From the NCBI GenBank assembly GCA_040756875.1, contig JBFLYH010000001.1:128001-192000 (forward strand): 64,000 nt of DNA, given 5' to 3'. Origin of the DNA: a candidate division FCPU426 bacterium (GTDB taxonomy: Bacteria; Oederibacteriota; JAAXVQ01; JAUVAV01). The position numbers were made by a program, and so were the translations under genes. Positions 46,572 through 56,281 of the stretch are shown in pieces. The notes beneath the pieces are model-generated. The model saw only the letters and a program-made list of their open reading frames with translations. It was not told where the DNA came from and searched no databases. Position 1 is the stretch's first letter. Each line of letters begins with the position of its first letter.

Positions 46572-46669
46572 TAACCGAAACCCCGGCGGAAAAACGGGGT
46601 CAAAAGAGATGTAGCATACCGGTCCGTTTGCATGCAGGGAACGGGCGGCACTTGAAAGGAGCAATAGCC

Positions 46670-47545
46670 TTGTCGCGCACGGCCTTGGAAATTCCCGGAT
46701 TGAAACTCGTCAAACAAGGAAAGGTGAGGGATATTTACGACGCGGGGGAGGATTTGCTGCTGGTGGCCTCGGACCGCGTCTCCGCTTTCGATGTGGTCTT
46801 GCCCACGCTGATCCCGGGCAAGGGCGAGGTCCTGACGCAGTTGTCCTGTTTCTGGTTCGACCGCTTTTCCGGTCTGGTGCCCAACCACCTTTCGCCCCGT
46901 CCGCTCTCCGAACTGATCAAGGACGCCTCGGTTTATCAGGCTTTGGAACGCCGGACGATGCGCGTGAAAAAAGCCCAGCCGCTCGGGGTCGAGGCCATTG
47001 TCCGGGGGTATCTCTCCGGTTCCGGGTGGCAGGAGTATAAAAAGTCGGGAACTGTATGCGGCGTGAAGCTGCCGCAGGGATTGCGGGAATCCGATCCTCT
47101 GCCCGAACCAATTTTCACGCCTTCCACCAAGGCGGAGATCGGCCTGCACGACGAGAACATCTCTTTTGAAAAAGCCGCGGACATCGTCGGCCGGTCCGTG
47201 GCGGAACAAGTCCGCGATCTCAGCCTGCGCATTTACCGCGCAGCCGCGGAATACGCCCGGACGCGGAACATCATCATCGCAGACACCAAATTCGAGTTCG
47301 GACTCATCGGCGGCACCCTGGTGCTCATCGATGAAGTCCTCACCCCTGATTCCTCGCGTTTCTGGCCGCTGGCCCAATACCAACCCGGCCAGGGGCAGCC
47401 TTCGCTGGACAAGCAATACGTCCGGGACTGGCTGTTGGCCTCAGGCTGGGACAAAACGCCTCCCGGCCCCGAACTGCCCGAAACGGTCGTGCGCAATACC
47501 GCGCAGAAATATAATGAAATTCTTCAAATACTGACCAGGATTTGA
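46670..47545 (+). CDS. purC: SAICAR synthetase
   Basis: GKVRDIY, SDRVSAFD, ADTKFEFG, DEVLTPDSSRFW, DKQYVR; TTG start after AAGGAG. Confidence 0.95.
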   Translation: MSRTALEIPGLKLVKQGKVRDIYDAGEDLLLVASDRVSAFDVVLPTLIPGKGEVLTQLSCFWFDRFSGLVPNHLSPRPLSELIKDASVYQALERRTMRVKKAQPLGVEAIVRGYLSGSGWQEYKKSGTVCGVKLPQGLRESDPLPEPIFTPSTKAEIGLHDENISFEKAADIVGRSVAEQVRDLSLRIYRAAAEYARTRNIIIADTKFEFGLIGGTLVLIDEVLTPDSSRFWPLAQYQPGQGQPSLDKQYVRDWLLASGWDKTPPGPELPETVVRNTAQKYNEILQILTRI

Positions 47546-47582
47546 GGGGAATAAACAGCCTGGCAAGGGAGGGCAAGTCGTC

Positions 47583-48374
47583 ATGCGCAAACGTTGGATT
47601 TCGTACCTGGTGGTGGCAGTCGCGGCGGGGATGGCTTTCACCGTTTGGGCCAAACCCCGGATTTACAAATGGGTGAAGGACAAACGGGTCTCCTCGGAAC
47701 TGGTGCTGCAGCGGTCGCAGTTCCAGCGGGTGGTGCCGGTGACCGAAGGCCAAACCCAGGAATTGGTCAAACAGGTCATGACCGATGATCTCTACCTGGC
47801 CCTGGCCCAATACCACACCACCAAGCACCAGCAGGACGCGGAGACCACGGTGGACTCAGCGCTGCCTGAAGAGGTGGTCAAGCAGGCCACTGTCGATCTG
47901 ATCGATGAGGACTACCGTTTCGTGCTGGAAGTCCAGTTGAAAAAATTCGGCAGCCGCACGCGCGTGACCGCCAAAGCCTGGCCGGTTTACCGCCTTCGGG
48001 ACCTAGAAGCCGAGGACGCCAGGGACGAAGACAACACGGCTGGCAACAGCATCGAGGTGAAAGTCCGGGCCGACCAGGGCAACGCGGTGGCTTTGGGGCC
48101 CATGGTGATTGCGCCGATCCTGGGCATCCCGGGCGATTATGGCATCACCCCACTGCCCGACGGAGCGGAGCGGGCCGCGGAACTGGTCCGCTCGTTCATG
48201 TACCTGCTGGACAGGCGGGTTTCGCAGGCCCGTCCCCGCGTCAGCCAGCCGGTGCAGCCGGTGTCGGCAGGGGAAGCGGACCAGGCGCAAGGCGATTCGG
48301 CTCCTGCGACGCAGATCGGATCGGAATCGGCCGGTTCTGGCACGGAAGTGGATATCAAAATGCAGAGCCGATAA
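47583..48374 (+). CDS. Hypothetical exported protein
   Basis: N-terminal signal/anchor, GGAGGG RBS, strong GC3 bias. Confidence 0.75.
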   Translation: MRKRWISYLVVAVAAGMAFTVWAKPRIYKWVKDKRVSSELVLQRSQFQRVVPVTEGQTQELVKQVMTDDLYLALAQYHTTKHQQDAETTVDSALPEEVVKQATVDLIDEDYRFVLEVQLKKFGSRTRVTAKAWPVYRLRDLEAEDARDEDNTAGNSIEVKVRADQGNAVALGPMVIAPILGIPGDYGITPLPDGAERAAELVRSFMYLLDRRVSQARPRVSQPVQPVSAGEADQAQGDSAPATQIGSESAGSGTEVDIKMQSR

Positions 48375-48384
48375 AGACGGCAGG

Positions 48385-48430
48385 AAATAAAAAACCGGAG
48401 GCCGGTGAACCGGCCTCCGGTTTTTTATTT
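48385..48430. terminator. Bidirectional rho-independent terminator
   Basis: AAATAAAAAACCGGAGGCCGGT-ga-ACCGGCCTCCGGTTTTTTATTT between convergent genes. Confidence 0.9.
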
Positions 48431-48439
48431 TCCAGAACC

Positions 48440-48781
48440 TCAGCCGATGGCGGCCTTGCCTTTCTCCCGCGTGCGGATCCGGTAGCATTCCAGAAGATCC
48501 AGCACGAAGATCTTGCCGTCGCCGATGGTGTCCGTGCCCGCTGCGTCCATGATAGTGTCAATGGTGGTCTTTAGAAAGTCGTCATTGACCGCGATCTCCA
48601 GGCGGACTTTTTTCAGCAGGTTGACGCTCATTTTAACGCCGCGGTAGCTTTCCTCGTAGCCCATTTGCTGGCCGCATCCCAGGGCGTTGGTGACCGACAT
48701 TTTACCGACGCCGGCGGCCGCCAAGGCGTCCTTTACTTCCGTTAAACGGTGCGGTTGGATGTACGCAATGACCAGTTTCAT
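48440..48781 (-). CDS. glnK: P-II nitrogen regulatory protein
   Basis: 113 aa; GCGQQ...[22 protein letters not shown]; next to amtB. Confidence 0.92.
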   Translation of the reverse strand: MKLVIAYIQPHRLTEVKDALAAAGVGKMSVTNALGCGQQMGYEESYRGVKMSVNLLKKVRLEIAVNDDFLKTTIDTIMDAAGTDTIGDGKIFVLDLLECYRIRTREKGKAAIG

Positions 48782-48794
48782 CGTCGTGTTCCTC

Positions 48795-50210
48795 CTATTC
48801 AGTACTGAAAATCTGGAAGCCGGCGTAGGATTCCGCGCCGTGCTCCGTGATGTCCAGGCCCCGCAGTTCCTCTTCCTTGCTGACCCGCAGACCGATGGTG
48901 GCCTTGAGGATGCCGAAGAGCACCAGTCCGCAAGCCAGCGTCCACCCCAGGACCGAAGCGACGCCGATGAACTGGGTCTTCAGCAGTGCCAGGCCGCCGC
49001 CGTCCAGCAATCCCGAGACGCCGCCGAAATCCTTGGCTGCGAAAACCCCGACCATCAGGGTGCCGAACATGCCGCACACGCCGTGCACGCTGATGGCGCC
49101 GACCGGATCATCAATGCGCAGGACCTTGTCAATGAATTCCACCGAGAACACCACTAGCATGCCGGCCAGGAATCCAATCATCACCGCCCCGCCGGGCGAA
49201 ACGTTATTGCAACCCGCGGTGATGGCAACCAGGCCGGCCAGCGCGCCGTTGAGGGTCATGGAGGTGTCGGGTTTTCCGTTCTTGAACCAAACGGTGAACA
49301 TGGCGCCCAGGGTCCCGGCTGCAGCCGCCAGGTTGGTCGTGACCGCGATCAGCCCCGTATTCATGGTAGCGGCCGTGGTGCTGCCCGGGTTGAACCCGAA
49401 CCATCCGAACCAGAGGATGAAGACGCCCAGGGCGGCCAACGGAATGTTGTGGCCCATGATGGCTTTGGATTCGCCCTTGGGCCCGTATTTGCCCAAGCGG
49501 GGTCCGAGCAGCACAGCGCCGGTCAGCGCCATCCAGCCGCCGACCGAATGCACCACCGTAGATCCGGCAAAGTCGATCATGGGCGTAGAGAGCTTGCTCA
49601 GCCAGCCTCCCCCCCAAATCCAGTGGCCGACCACCGGATAAATCACCAAGCTGATGACCGCGCTGTAGACGAGATAAGTAGTGAACTTGGTCCTCTCGGC
49701 CATGGCGCCGGAAACGATCGTGGCGGCCGTGGCGGCAAATACGACTTGGAACATCCAGAAGGCATATTGCCACAGGCCGTCTTTGCCCGCGGTGTTGCCC
49801 GAGGAGAGAAACCAGCCGCTGGTGCCGAAAAGCCCCAGCTTGTCCGCGCCGAACATGATACCGTAGCCGATGGCGAAGAAAGCCAGGGACCCGATGGCGA
49901 AATCCAGGAGGTTCTTCATCATGATGTTGCCTGCGTTTTTAGCGCGGGTCAGTCCTCCTTCCACCATGGCAAATCCGGCTTGCATGAAGAAGACCAGGAA
50001 GGCAGCGACCAGAATCCAGACCCAGTTTGCCGAATCCTGGGCCGTGGCGGCCGCGGTTGAGGCCGAGTCGATTTTGGCGGCCAGCTCATCCATCGGCGCA
50101 ACGACCGCCGGAGCCGCAGAGGAGACGACTTCCTCCGCCCAGACCGGCCCTGCGGCCATCAAACCGGTCAGGAGCATTGTGAAGATGAGAAGTTTCTTGG
50201 GGAACGACAT
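48795..50210 (-). CDS. amtB: Ammonium transporter
   Basis: [40 protein letters not shown]. Confidence 0.96.
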   Translation of the reverse strand: MSFPKKLLIFTMLLTGLMAAGPVWAEEVVSSAAPAVVAPMDELAAKIDSASTAAATAQDSANWVWILVAAFLVFFMQAGFAMVEGGLTRAKNAGNIMMKNLLDFAIGSLAFFAIGYGIMFGADKLGLFGTSGWFLSSGNTAGKDGLWQYAFWMFQVVFAATAATIVSGAMAERTKFTTYLVYSAVISLVIYPVVGHWIWGGGWLSKLSTPMIDFAGSTVVHSVGGWMALTGAVLLGPRLGKYGPKGESKAIMGHNIPLAALGVFILWFGWFGFNPGSTTAATMNTGLIAVTTNLAAAAGTLGAMFTVWFKNGKPDTSMTLNGALAGLVAITAGCNNVSPGGAVMIGFLAGMLVVFSVEFIDKVLRIDDPVGAISVHGVCGMFGTLMVGVFAAKDFGGVSGLLDGGGLALLKTQFIGVASVLGWTLACGLVLFGILKATIGLRVSKEEELRGLDITEHGAESYAGFQIFSTE

Positions 50211-50229
50211 GACATTCACCTCCGTCGAG

Positions 50230-50985
50230 TTAGAAGCTGAAGCTGGCTTTTAAAACCGCAACTACGTAGCTGGTTTCGTCGCGTGCTGTTTGAATCTCCG
50301 AATCCAGCAAAGCAATATAGGAGACGCTGGGCGTGAGCGTGACCGGATCCAGGCCCAACGGCAGAGCCAGCGTGGCCACCAGGTCCACGGGCGCCGCTTT
50401 GTCCAACCCGAAGTAAAAGCGGTTGTAGGAGCCGCTCCCATAGCCGGCGGTCAGGCCCAGGTCCACGCTTTTCAAAGGCGCCAATTCGAGCCCGAAGCTA
50501 TGGGCCAAGGCGAGCAGGAAATACGATCCCTTGACTTCGTCCACATCGCTGTACACCGTGAGGCTGGGTTTGGCCGGAACGTCGGCGGCCACGCCCAGGA
50601 ACAACTCGTGGGTGGTTGAACCGATGCCCGGGAAGACGTAGGAAATGACGCCACCCGTGACTGAGAGCGGTCCGAAACCATAGCTTTCACTGAGGGTCAG
50701 ATCGAGTTCCGTGAATTCGCCGGAACGGTTGCCGTAGCCTGCTTCTTCGCCGTATCCGGTGAGGTCCATATTGCCCCACAGATTGAAACTCAACCCGTAG
50801 GGCATGGGCACTGTCAGGGACGGTTGCAGGACGGCTTCCTTGTTGGCTTCGATCCCGCGCCAAACATACTTGCTGACAACCGGTACATCCAAAGCAACAT
50901 CGGCCGCGGCAGCGGCGGTGGCCAAGGCAGAGGCCAACGCCCCGGCAACCAGCATGACGGTCACTCCTGAAAGTTTTCGGTACAT
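50230..50985 (-). CDS. TorF/TIGR02001-like putative porin
   Basis: Signal peptide, SKYVWRG, ELD, terminal FSF; first gene of the amtB-glnK operon. Confidence 0.75.
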   Translation of the reverse strand: MYRKLSGVTVMLVAGALASALATAAAAADVALDVPVVSKYVWRGIEANKEAVLQPSLTVPMPYGLSFNLWGNMDLTGYGEEAGYGNRSGEFTELDLTLSESYGFGPLSVTGGVISYVFPGIGSTTHELFLGVAADVPAKPSLTVYSDVDEVKGSYFLLALAHSFGLELAPLKSVDLGLTAGYGSGSYNRFYFGLDKAAPVDLVATLALPLGLDPVTLTPSVSYIALLDSEIQTARDETSYVVAVLKASFSF

Positions 50986-51046
50986 GATGAACACCTCCTG
51001 TTTTATTGGGAAAGACGCTTTCCCTTGATTTATAGGTAAAATCAAA

Positions 51047-51063
51047 TGCAGAAAGCGTGCCAA
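51047..51063 (-). promoter_or_regulatory. Sigma54 (-24/-12) promoter of porin-amtB-glnK
   Basis: Minus strand TTGGCACGCTTTCTGCA (GG-N10-GC), about 60 bp before the ATG. Confidence 0.8.
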
Positions 51064-51194
51064 CGGTAAGAGAAGAGAAAATCCCTGTGTTTAAAGGAAA
51101 AACCGTCAGGAAAAGAAACGAGACAAATTACAAAAAGGATATTATAATAAAAATAATTACAATAAAGTAATTATATGTAAATAGTACGCAAGTG

Positions 51195-52412
51195 TTAGTC
51201 GAACTCGAAGTATAACTGCCCGAAATCAATGCCCCCGATCATTTTTTTCACGCTCTGGTAATCGTATTTAATCCGTTTGCGCGCGTCGGAAAGTTCGTGG
51301 CTGGAACTGCCGTTGCTGATCGCTACATCGGCTTCCAGGAAGGCGGCCAGTTCGTCCGCGGCCCTGACCAGGTGGCCGTCGCGGGGGTTGAAACGATCAT
51401 GGTTGTAGTGCTCGTTGATGTCGTCACAACTGATGCTTTCTCGGGTGCGGCCTTGATCTTCCACCAGATTCGAGAACTCGTGCTCGGTAAACAGACGCAT
51501 CTCTGCGTGCCATTCCGGCGGGAGCAGGCTATAGACCTCTTTATGCATCAATTCTTTTTCGTATTCCTTGATCAGGTCACTGAGGCCTGCGACCGATTTC
51601 TTGACCGGGGAAATGATGTCGCGGGTCAGAACTTCCGGCAGATCGTGGAACAGCCCCGTGAAGAAATTGTTGGAGCGGCGGCGCGGGCTCGCCTTGACCT
51701 GGAGGGAAAAGAGGTAAGCCAGGATTCCGACGAACAGCATGTGGCCCATGACCGACGTTTTGGGAATGCGGTGCAGGTTGGCCCAGCGGATTTGAAAACG
51801 GAGCTCTCCGCACAGGTTGATGAAGCGGGTCAGGAGCTTGTCCTTCTCCGGTTTGCCGGCCTCATGTTTCAGTGCCTGGATCCCCACCAGGTCTTGGTAC
51901 CGCTCCTGCTTGGAGTGGAGGTCTGCGGCGATATCTTCGATGTCGTAACTCGTGGGGTTTGCCTTCTGAATGATGTCGAATTCCCACTTGGTGGCGAAGA
52001 AGTGGGCGGCGTTCAGGATCCTTCGGTTGATGTTTTCTTCGGGCTGCGCGAAATAAGCCTGGAAGCGGGAACAAAATTCCGGGCCCAGAGGCTTCAGCGT
52101 ATTCTCGAGCACGCCGAAGACCCATTGGTTGAGAAGCCGGTATTTGGCGGCGTCGGCGCGGATGCGATGGAAAATCGGGGGCTTGATGTCCGTGACCACC
52201 ATACGTTGCAGAAGCTCGAAGATACCTCCCTCGATGATTTCGATCCAGTCGAACCCCGCATCTTTTTCCTGGAGTTTGCCCAGAATATAGGCGATGACCA
52301 TTTTGTGCGCCTGTTTGTCCAGTTCCACCAAATCCACGGGCCTGACTTTATCGTTCCACCGGAGCATATAGGCCGCGTCAAACAGCCGCAGCAGCAAATC
52401 TTTGGTCAACAT
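51195..52412 (-). CDS. Tandem HD-domain (YfbR-like) phosphohydrolase
   Basis: RWND...DKQAHK; SVMGH...FHDLPE.LTRDI; ADELAA. Confidence 0.8.
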   Translation of the reverse strand: MLTKDLLLRLFDAAYMLRWNDKVRPVDLVELDKQAHKMVIAYILGKLQEKDAGFDWIEIIEGGIFELLQRMVVTDIKPPIFHRIRADAAKYRLLNQWVFGVLENTLKPLGPEFCSRFQAYFAQPEENINRRILNAAHFFATKWEFDIIQKANPTSYDIEDIAADLHSKQERYQDLVGIQALKHEAGKPEKDKLLTRFINLCGELRFQIRWANLHRIPKTSVMGHMLFVGILAYLFSLQVKASPRRRSNNFFTGLFHDLPEVLTRDIISPVKKSVAGLSDLIKEYEKELMHKEVYSLLPPEWHAEMRLFTEHEFSNLVEDQGRTRESISCDDINEHYNHDRFNPRDGHLVRAADELAAFLEADVAISNGSSSHELSDARKRIKYDYQSVKKMIGGIDFGQLYFEFD

Positions 52413-52564
52413 GTGAACCTCCTTCGCCCGGGCGCGCTGGGCGGGTCTATCTTGGCAAAAGCGCCCGGCAGGTGCAATAGAAAAAGGGTTTTATTCCGGT
52501 GTCAAATCCCCGGGAATGGAGGTAGAATATTTTTCCGGATGGATGAGGTCAGAGGAGGTTTGAC

Positions 52565-53164
52565 GTGGAAGCATATGCCAAACCGGGATCTGCCACGGGA
52601 CGCACTTCGGCCTGGGGCGTGCAGCCGCTTATTCTTGACCGCTGGTCGCCTCGGGCGTTTCTCGACCGCCCGATTGCCGAGCGGGATCTGCTGGGGATTT
52701 TGGAGGCCGCGCATTGGGCGCCCTCCTGTTTCAACGAGCAACCCTGGCGGTTTATCGTGGCGAGGACGGAGAACGACCGCCGGCAACTCTCGGCCTGCCT
52801 GACACCGCAAAATCAGGTATGGGCAGGACGCGCGCCCGTGTTGTTGGTGGTCTTGTCCTCCCCGAATTTTACCGAAACCGGCAAGCCGAACCGCTGGCAT
52901 GCCTTCGATGCGGGCACGGCGTGGGGATATTTGGCCTTGGAGGCTTCAGCCCGCGGGTTGAACGCCCACGCCATGGGCGGATTCAGCCAGGATAAAATCA
53001 GAGCGCTCTACGGCGTGCCGGAAGGTTGGGGAATCCATGCGGTGGTGGCCGTGGGACACCACGGTCCCAAAGAATCGCTGCCTGAGGATTTGCGGGACCG
53101 GGAACTTCCCAGCGGACGGAAGCCTCTGAATGAGTGCTGGGCCGAAGCCAAGTTTGCTTTTTAA
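52565..53164 (+). CDS. Nitroreductase family protein
   Basis: RWSPRAF, AAHWAPSCFNEQPWRF, FDAG, HAMGGF. Confidence 0.93.
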   Translation: MEAYAKPGSATGRTSAWGVQPLILDRWSPRAFLDRPIAERDLLGILEAAHWAPSCFNEQPWRFIVARTENDRRQLSACLTPQNQVWAGRAPVLLVVLSSPNFTETGKPNRWHAFDAGTAWGYLALEASARGLNAHAMGGFSQDKIRALYGVPEGWGIHAVVAVGHHGPKESLPEDLRDRELPSGRKPLNECWAEAKFAF

Positions 53165-53220
53165 ATTACGGGTTGGGTGCTGGGACGGTCGCGAGGCCAA
53201 TGCCGTGGGAACCCCCGACA

Positions 53221-53544
53221 TCAATCGGCGAGGGAATGCTCCAGGGCGGTTTGCAGTTTTTCCAGTTGATTAAGCCGGTCGGAAGGGATATACCCGTACA
53301 TGGAGAGCACCATGAGCTCCCAGCGGGATTTGGCGAGCGTATGGCGGCAGCGCGTACGATACAGACGGCCGTCGGAAGGACGGGAGCAACGCAGCCAACG
53401 GCGGTAATAGCGGATGACGCGGCTGATGAGTTGGAGCCATTCGCTGGTATATTCACGGGGTAGGGTACAGGCCGTGGCGCTGCATTGCTGCCACCAACGC
53501 TGGAGCAGGTGATCGGAAACGAACGGCGCGGAAACAGGCAGCAT
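53221..53544 (-). CDS. Hypothetical helical protein (possible divergent four-helix-bundle protein)
   Basis: ATG 53544 with G-rich RBS; fills the gap between nitroreductase and the msrB homologue. Confidence 0.4.
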   Translation of the reverse strand: MLPVSAPFVSDHLLQRWWQQCSATACTLPREYTSEWLQLISRVIRYYRRWLRCSRPSDGRLYRTRCRHTLAKSRWELMVLSMYGYIPSDRLNQLEKLQTALEHSLAD

Positions 53545-53738
53545 GGAACCCCCCGGAGATCGGCGGCCGGTCATCCTCCACGTTTCTCGAGAACAACAGG
53601 CCGGGTGATGGTGCGCCTGCCAAAGCACGCTGTAAAGGTGTGGCGGCGAGGCGAAGGCATGACGGTAGGTCGCGTCACTATAACTATCGGCCCATCAAGC
53701 GATCGGGTTAAGTGTAAAAAGAAATAAAGGAGGAAAAG

Positions 53739-54245
53739 ATGACCACACAGCGCGTTTGGCGCGGGGCGATGGCCCTGGCGATACTGGGAATGGTGTCGGG
53801 GGGAACCACGGTTGCCTGGGGGGGCTCGCAAGGGGGATTGAGCCTGTATGTGGAGGCGCAAAAAGGGTATCAGACCATGGCGCCTGTCACTAAAAGCGCA
53901 GAGGAATGGAAAACCCAACTGACTCCGGAGCAATTCCGGTTGATGCGGCAAGGCGGCACTGAATCGCCATTCAGCGGAGCGTTTTGGAACAACCATGCCT
54001 CGGGCATTTACCACTGCGCCGGATGCGGAACGGATCTATTCAGTTCGAATGCGAAGTTTGACGCCGGTAACGGTTGGCCCAATTTTTGGCAGCCGATTTC
54101 CGGTGCCAACCTGAAAATCAATGGCAACGAGATTCTGTGCGGGCGGTGCGGCGCTCATTTGGGCTTCATTTACAACGACGGTCCCAAACCCTCGGGACGA
54201 CGATATACCGTGAATTCGGGCGGTCTTACCTTTACGGCGAAATAA
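53739..54245 (+). CDS. Exported MsrB-fold protein lacking the catalytic cysteine
   Basis: LTPEQF...GTE.PF, CAGC, KFD.G.GWP, CGRCGAHLG, DGP; RYTVNS where MsrB has RYCxN; signal peptide. Confidence 0.85.
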   Translation: MTTQRVWRGAMALAILGMVSGGTTVAWGGSQGGLSLYVEAQKGYQTMAPVTKSAEEWKTQLTPEQFRLMRQGGTESPFSGAFWNNHASGIYHCAGCGTDLFSSNAKFDAGNGWPNFWQPISGANLKINGNEILCGRCGAHLGFIYNDGPKPSGRRYTVNSGGLTFTAK

Positions 54246-54286
54246 ACCGACGGATCCGGCTTGTTCACAGAGGGCGTCTTGTCCCT

Positions 54287-54601
54287 TCACCCGCCACTGA
54301 CACGATAACCGCGCTGTTGCAGCCAGATTTTGATCGCAGTCTGATGATCGCCTTGCAACTCGAGGCGGTGTTCCTTGACAGTGCCACCGGTGCCGCAAAG
54401 CTGCTGTAATGCTTTAAGGAAGCGGCGCAATTCGTCGTCCGAAATTGCCAGGCGTTCCACCACCGTGACGGTTTTCCCAGCCCGGCCTTTTCTTTCCAAA
54501 CGCAGCACTGCCTTGCCAGTGCCCGGCGCATGGCCCGGCATTTCCTTTTTAAAACGGCTAGGATCGTCGGAATAAACCAACCGGGCTTTTAAGTCATCCA
54601 T
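54287..54601 (-). CDS. yciH: SUI1/eIF1-like translation factor
   Basis: RLVYS, KGRAGKTVT, CGTGGTVK, ELQGDH. Confidence 0.9.
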   Translation of the reverse strand: MDDLKARLVYSDDPSRFKKEMPGHAPGTGKAVLRLERKGRAGKTVTVVERLAISDDELRRFLKALQQLCGTGGTVKEHRLELQGDHQTAIKIWLQQRGYRVSGG

Positions 54602-54717
54602 TTTTCCCTCCGGAAGCAATTCGTCCTCTGGGTTCATCCTTGCAACGCAGAAAATCCCGGGCCCTTCGGCCGGGAGACCCCATTTTACCTTTTTCCAACG
54701 AGGGCGTTAAATTTTCA

Positions 54718-54770
54718 TTGACATTTTTATAAATATACATTACAAAAAGCATGATAATACTAATGAATTA
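54718..54770 (+). promoter_or_regulatory. Putative sigma70 promoter and AT-rich operator region of the rrf2-cysK operon
   Basis: TTGACA-N17-TACAAA followed by AAAGCATGATAATACTAATGAATT. Confidence 0.45.
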
Positions 54771-54788
54771 AAAAGGCCAAATATATAT

Positions 54789-55235
54789 ATGAAAATTTCA
54801 ACCAAAGGAAGATATGCTGTCAGAGCCATGGTAGAATTGGCGATAGCTGACAGTCCACGGCCAGTGTTATTGGCTTATATTGCCAAACGTCAGGAAATTC
54901 CCGAACGCTATCTGGTACAGATTTTTGGGTCTCTGCGCCGGGCTGGTCTGGTGAGCAGTTATCGGGGAGCCAAAGGCGGATTTCAATTGTCCCGTGCGCC
55001 TGCGGAAATTACCTTGGCGGAAATCCTGGAGGCCTCAGAAGGGAAGCTGGAGTTGGTGGAGTGCCTGCGCGACGACGAGGACCGCTGCAACCGCCAGGGG
55101 GCATGTTCCACGCGCGCCATGTGGGCTGACATCAACGGGCAGGTTCGCGCGCTGCTTTCCAAAATCACTTTGGCGCGCATGGTCGAAATGCACCGGGCGG
55201 ATCAAACCCGTCTGGGAGCAAGCTATTCCATTTAA
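54789..55235 (+). CDS. Rrf2-family regulator (IscR/CymR-like) with three Cys
   Basis: [28 protein letters not shown]-x7-C-x5-C. Confidence 0.92.
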   Translation: MKISTKGRYAVRAMVELAIADSPRPVLLAYIAKRQEIPERYLVQIFGSLRRAGLVSSYRGAKGGFQLSRAPAEITLAEILEASEGKLELVECLRDDEDRCNRQGACSTRAMWADINGQVRALLSKITLARMVEMHRADQTRLGASYSI

Positions 55236-55246
55236 GGAGAGACGGG

Positions 55247-56167
55247 ATGGGGATCGCAGCGGATGTGCTCGGCTTGATCGGCAACACGCCCCTGGTAAGG
55301 TTGAATCGGGTCACGCAGGGCGTGGAGGCCGAAGTCGTCGTTAAAATGGAATCGTTTAACCCGTGTTCCAGTATTAAAGACCGGATCACCTGGGCCATGA
55401 TCCTGGCGGCGGAGGAAAGCGGCGCCTTGCAGCCCGGTGGCGTGGTGGTGGAGCCTACCAGCGGCAACACGGGCATTGGTTTGGCCATGGTGTGCGCGGT
55501 CAGGGGCTATCGCCTGATTCTTACCATGCCCGAAACCATGAGCATGGAACGCAGGCAGATCTTGAGCGTGCTGGGCGCGGAAGTCATCCTGACGCCGGGA
55601 ACGGACGGCATGCGCGGAGCCGTGCGCCGTGCGGAGGAGCTGGTCAAAGAGCTTCCGGGGGCGTATATGCCCCAGCAATTCAACAATCCGGCCAATCCGG
55701 ACATCCACCGCCGCACCACTGCCGAGGAAATTTGGCGGGATACGGACGGCCGGGTGGATGTCCTGGTCGCGGGCGTGGGAACCGGCGGCACGCTGACCGG
55801 GATCGGACAAGTCCTGAAGGAGCGGAATCCCCAGGTCAAAGTCATTGCGGTTGAACCCGCCACTTCACCGGTGCTTTCCGGCGGCAAACCGGGGTCGCAT
55901 AAAATCCAGGGAATCGGCGCGGGCTTCGTGCCCCAGGTTCTGCGGCGCGAACTGATTGACGAAGTCATTACCGTGCTGGACGAGGAAGCCGGCGTCATGG
56001 CCAGGCGGCTGGCCAGGGAAGAGGGCCTGCTGCTGGGAATATCGGCCGGGGCGAACGTATGGGCCGCGGTCCAGGTGGCCGGGCGGCCGGAGCACCGCGG
56101 GCAGCGCATTGTCACCATCGGCTGCGACACCGGGGAGCGTTATTTATCCACCTGGGCATTCAAATAA
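55247..56167 (+). CDS. cysK: Cysteine synthase A
   Basis: [36 protein letters not shown]. Confidence 0.96.
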   Translation: MGIAADVLGLIGNTPLVRLNRVTQGVEAEVVVKMESFNPCSSIKDRITWAMILAAEESGALQPGGVVVEPTSGNTGIGLAMVCAVRGYRLILTMPETMSMERRQILSVLGAEVILTPGTDGMRGAVRRAEELVKELPGAYMPQQFNNPANPDIHRRTTAEEIWRDTDGRVDVLVAGVGTGGTLTGIGQVLKERNPQVKVIAVEPATSPVLSGGKPGSHKIQGIGAGFVPQVLRRELIDEVITVLDEEAGVMARRLAREEGLLLGISAGANVWAAVQVAGRPEHRGQRIVTIGCDTGERYLSTWAFK

Positions 56168-56281
56168 ATCAAGTCACCTGCACGCCGGGCGTGCAGGCAT
56201 TCCGGCTGTCATACCTTGAAATCCTGCCCGCTTTTTTGGCGGCAACAGGTGGCAGGGTGCGGCAGCGGCGAGGAGCGCATC

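Noticed and set aside
54201-54218. Selenocysteine-containing MsrB
   Set aside because: The catalytic-position codon is ACC; the nearby TGA is out of frame and the ORF continues normally
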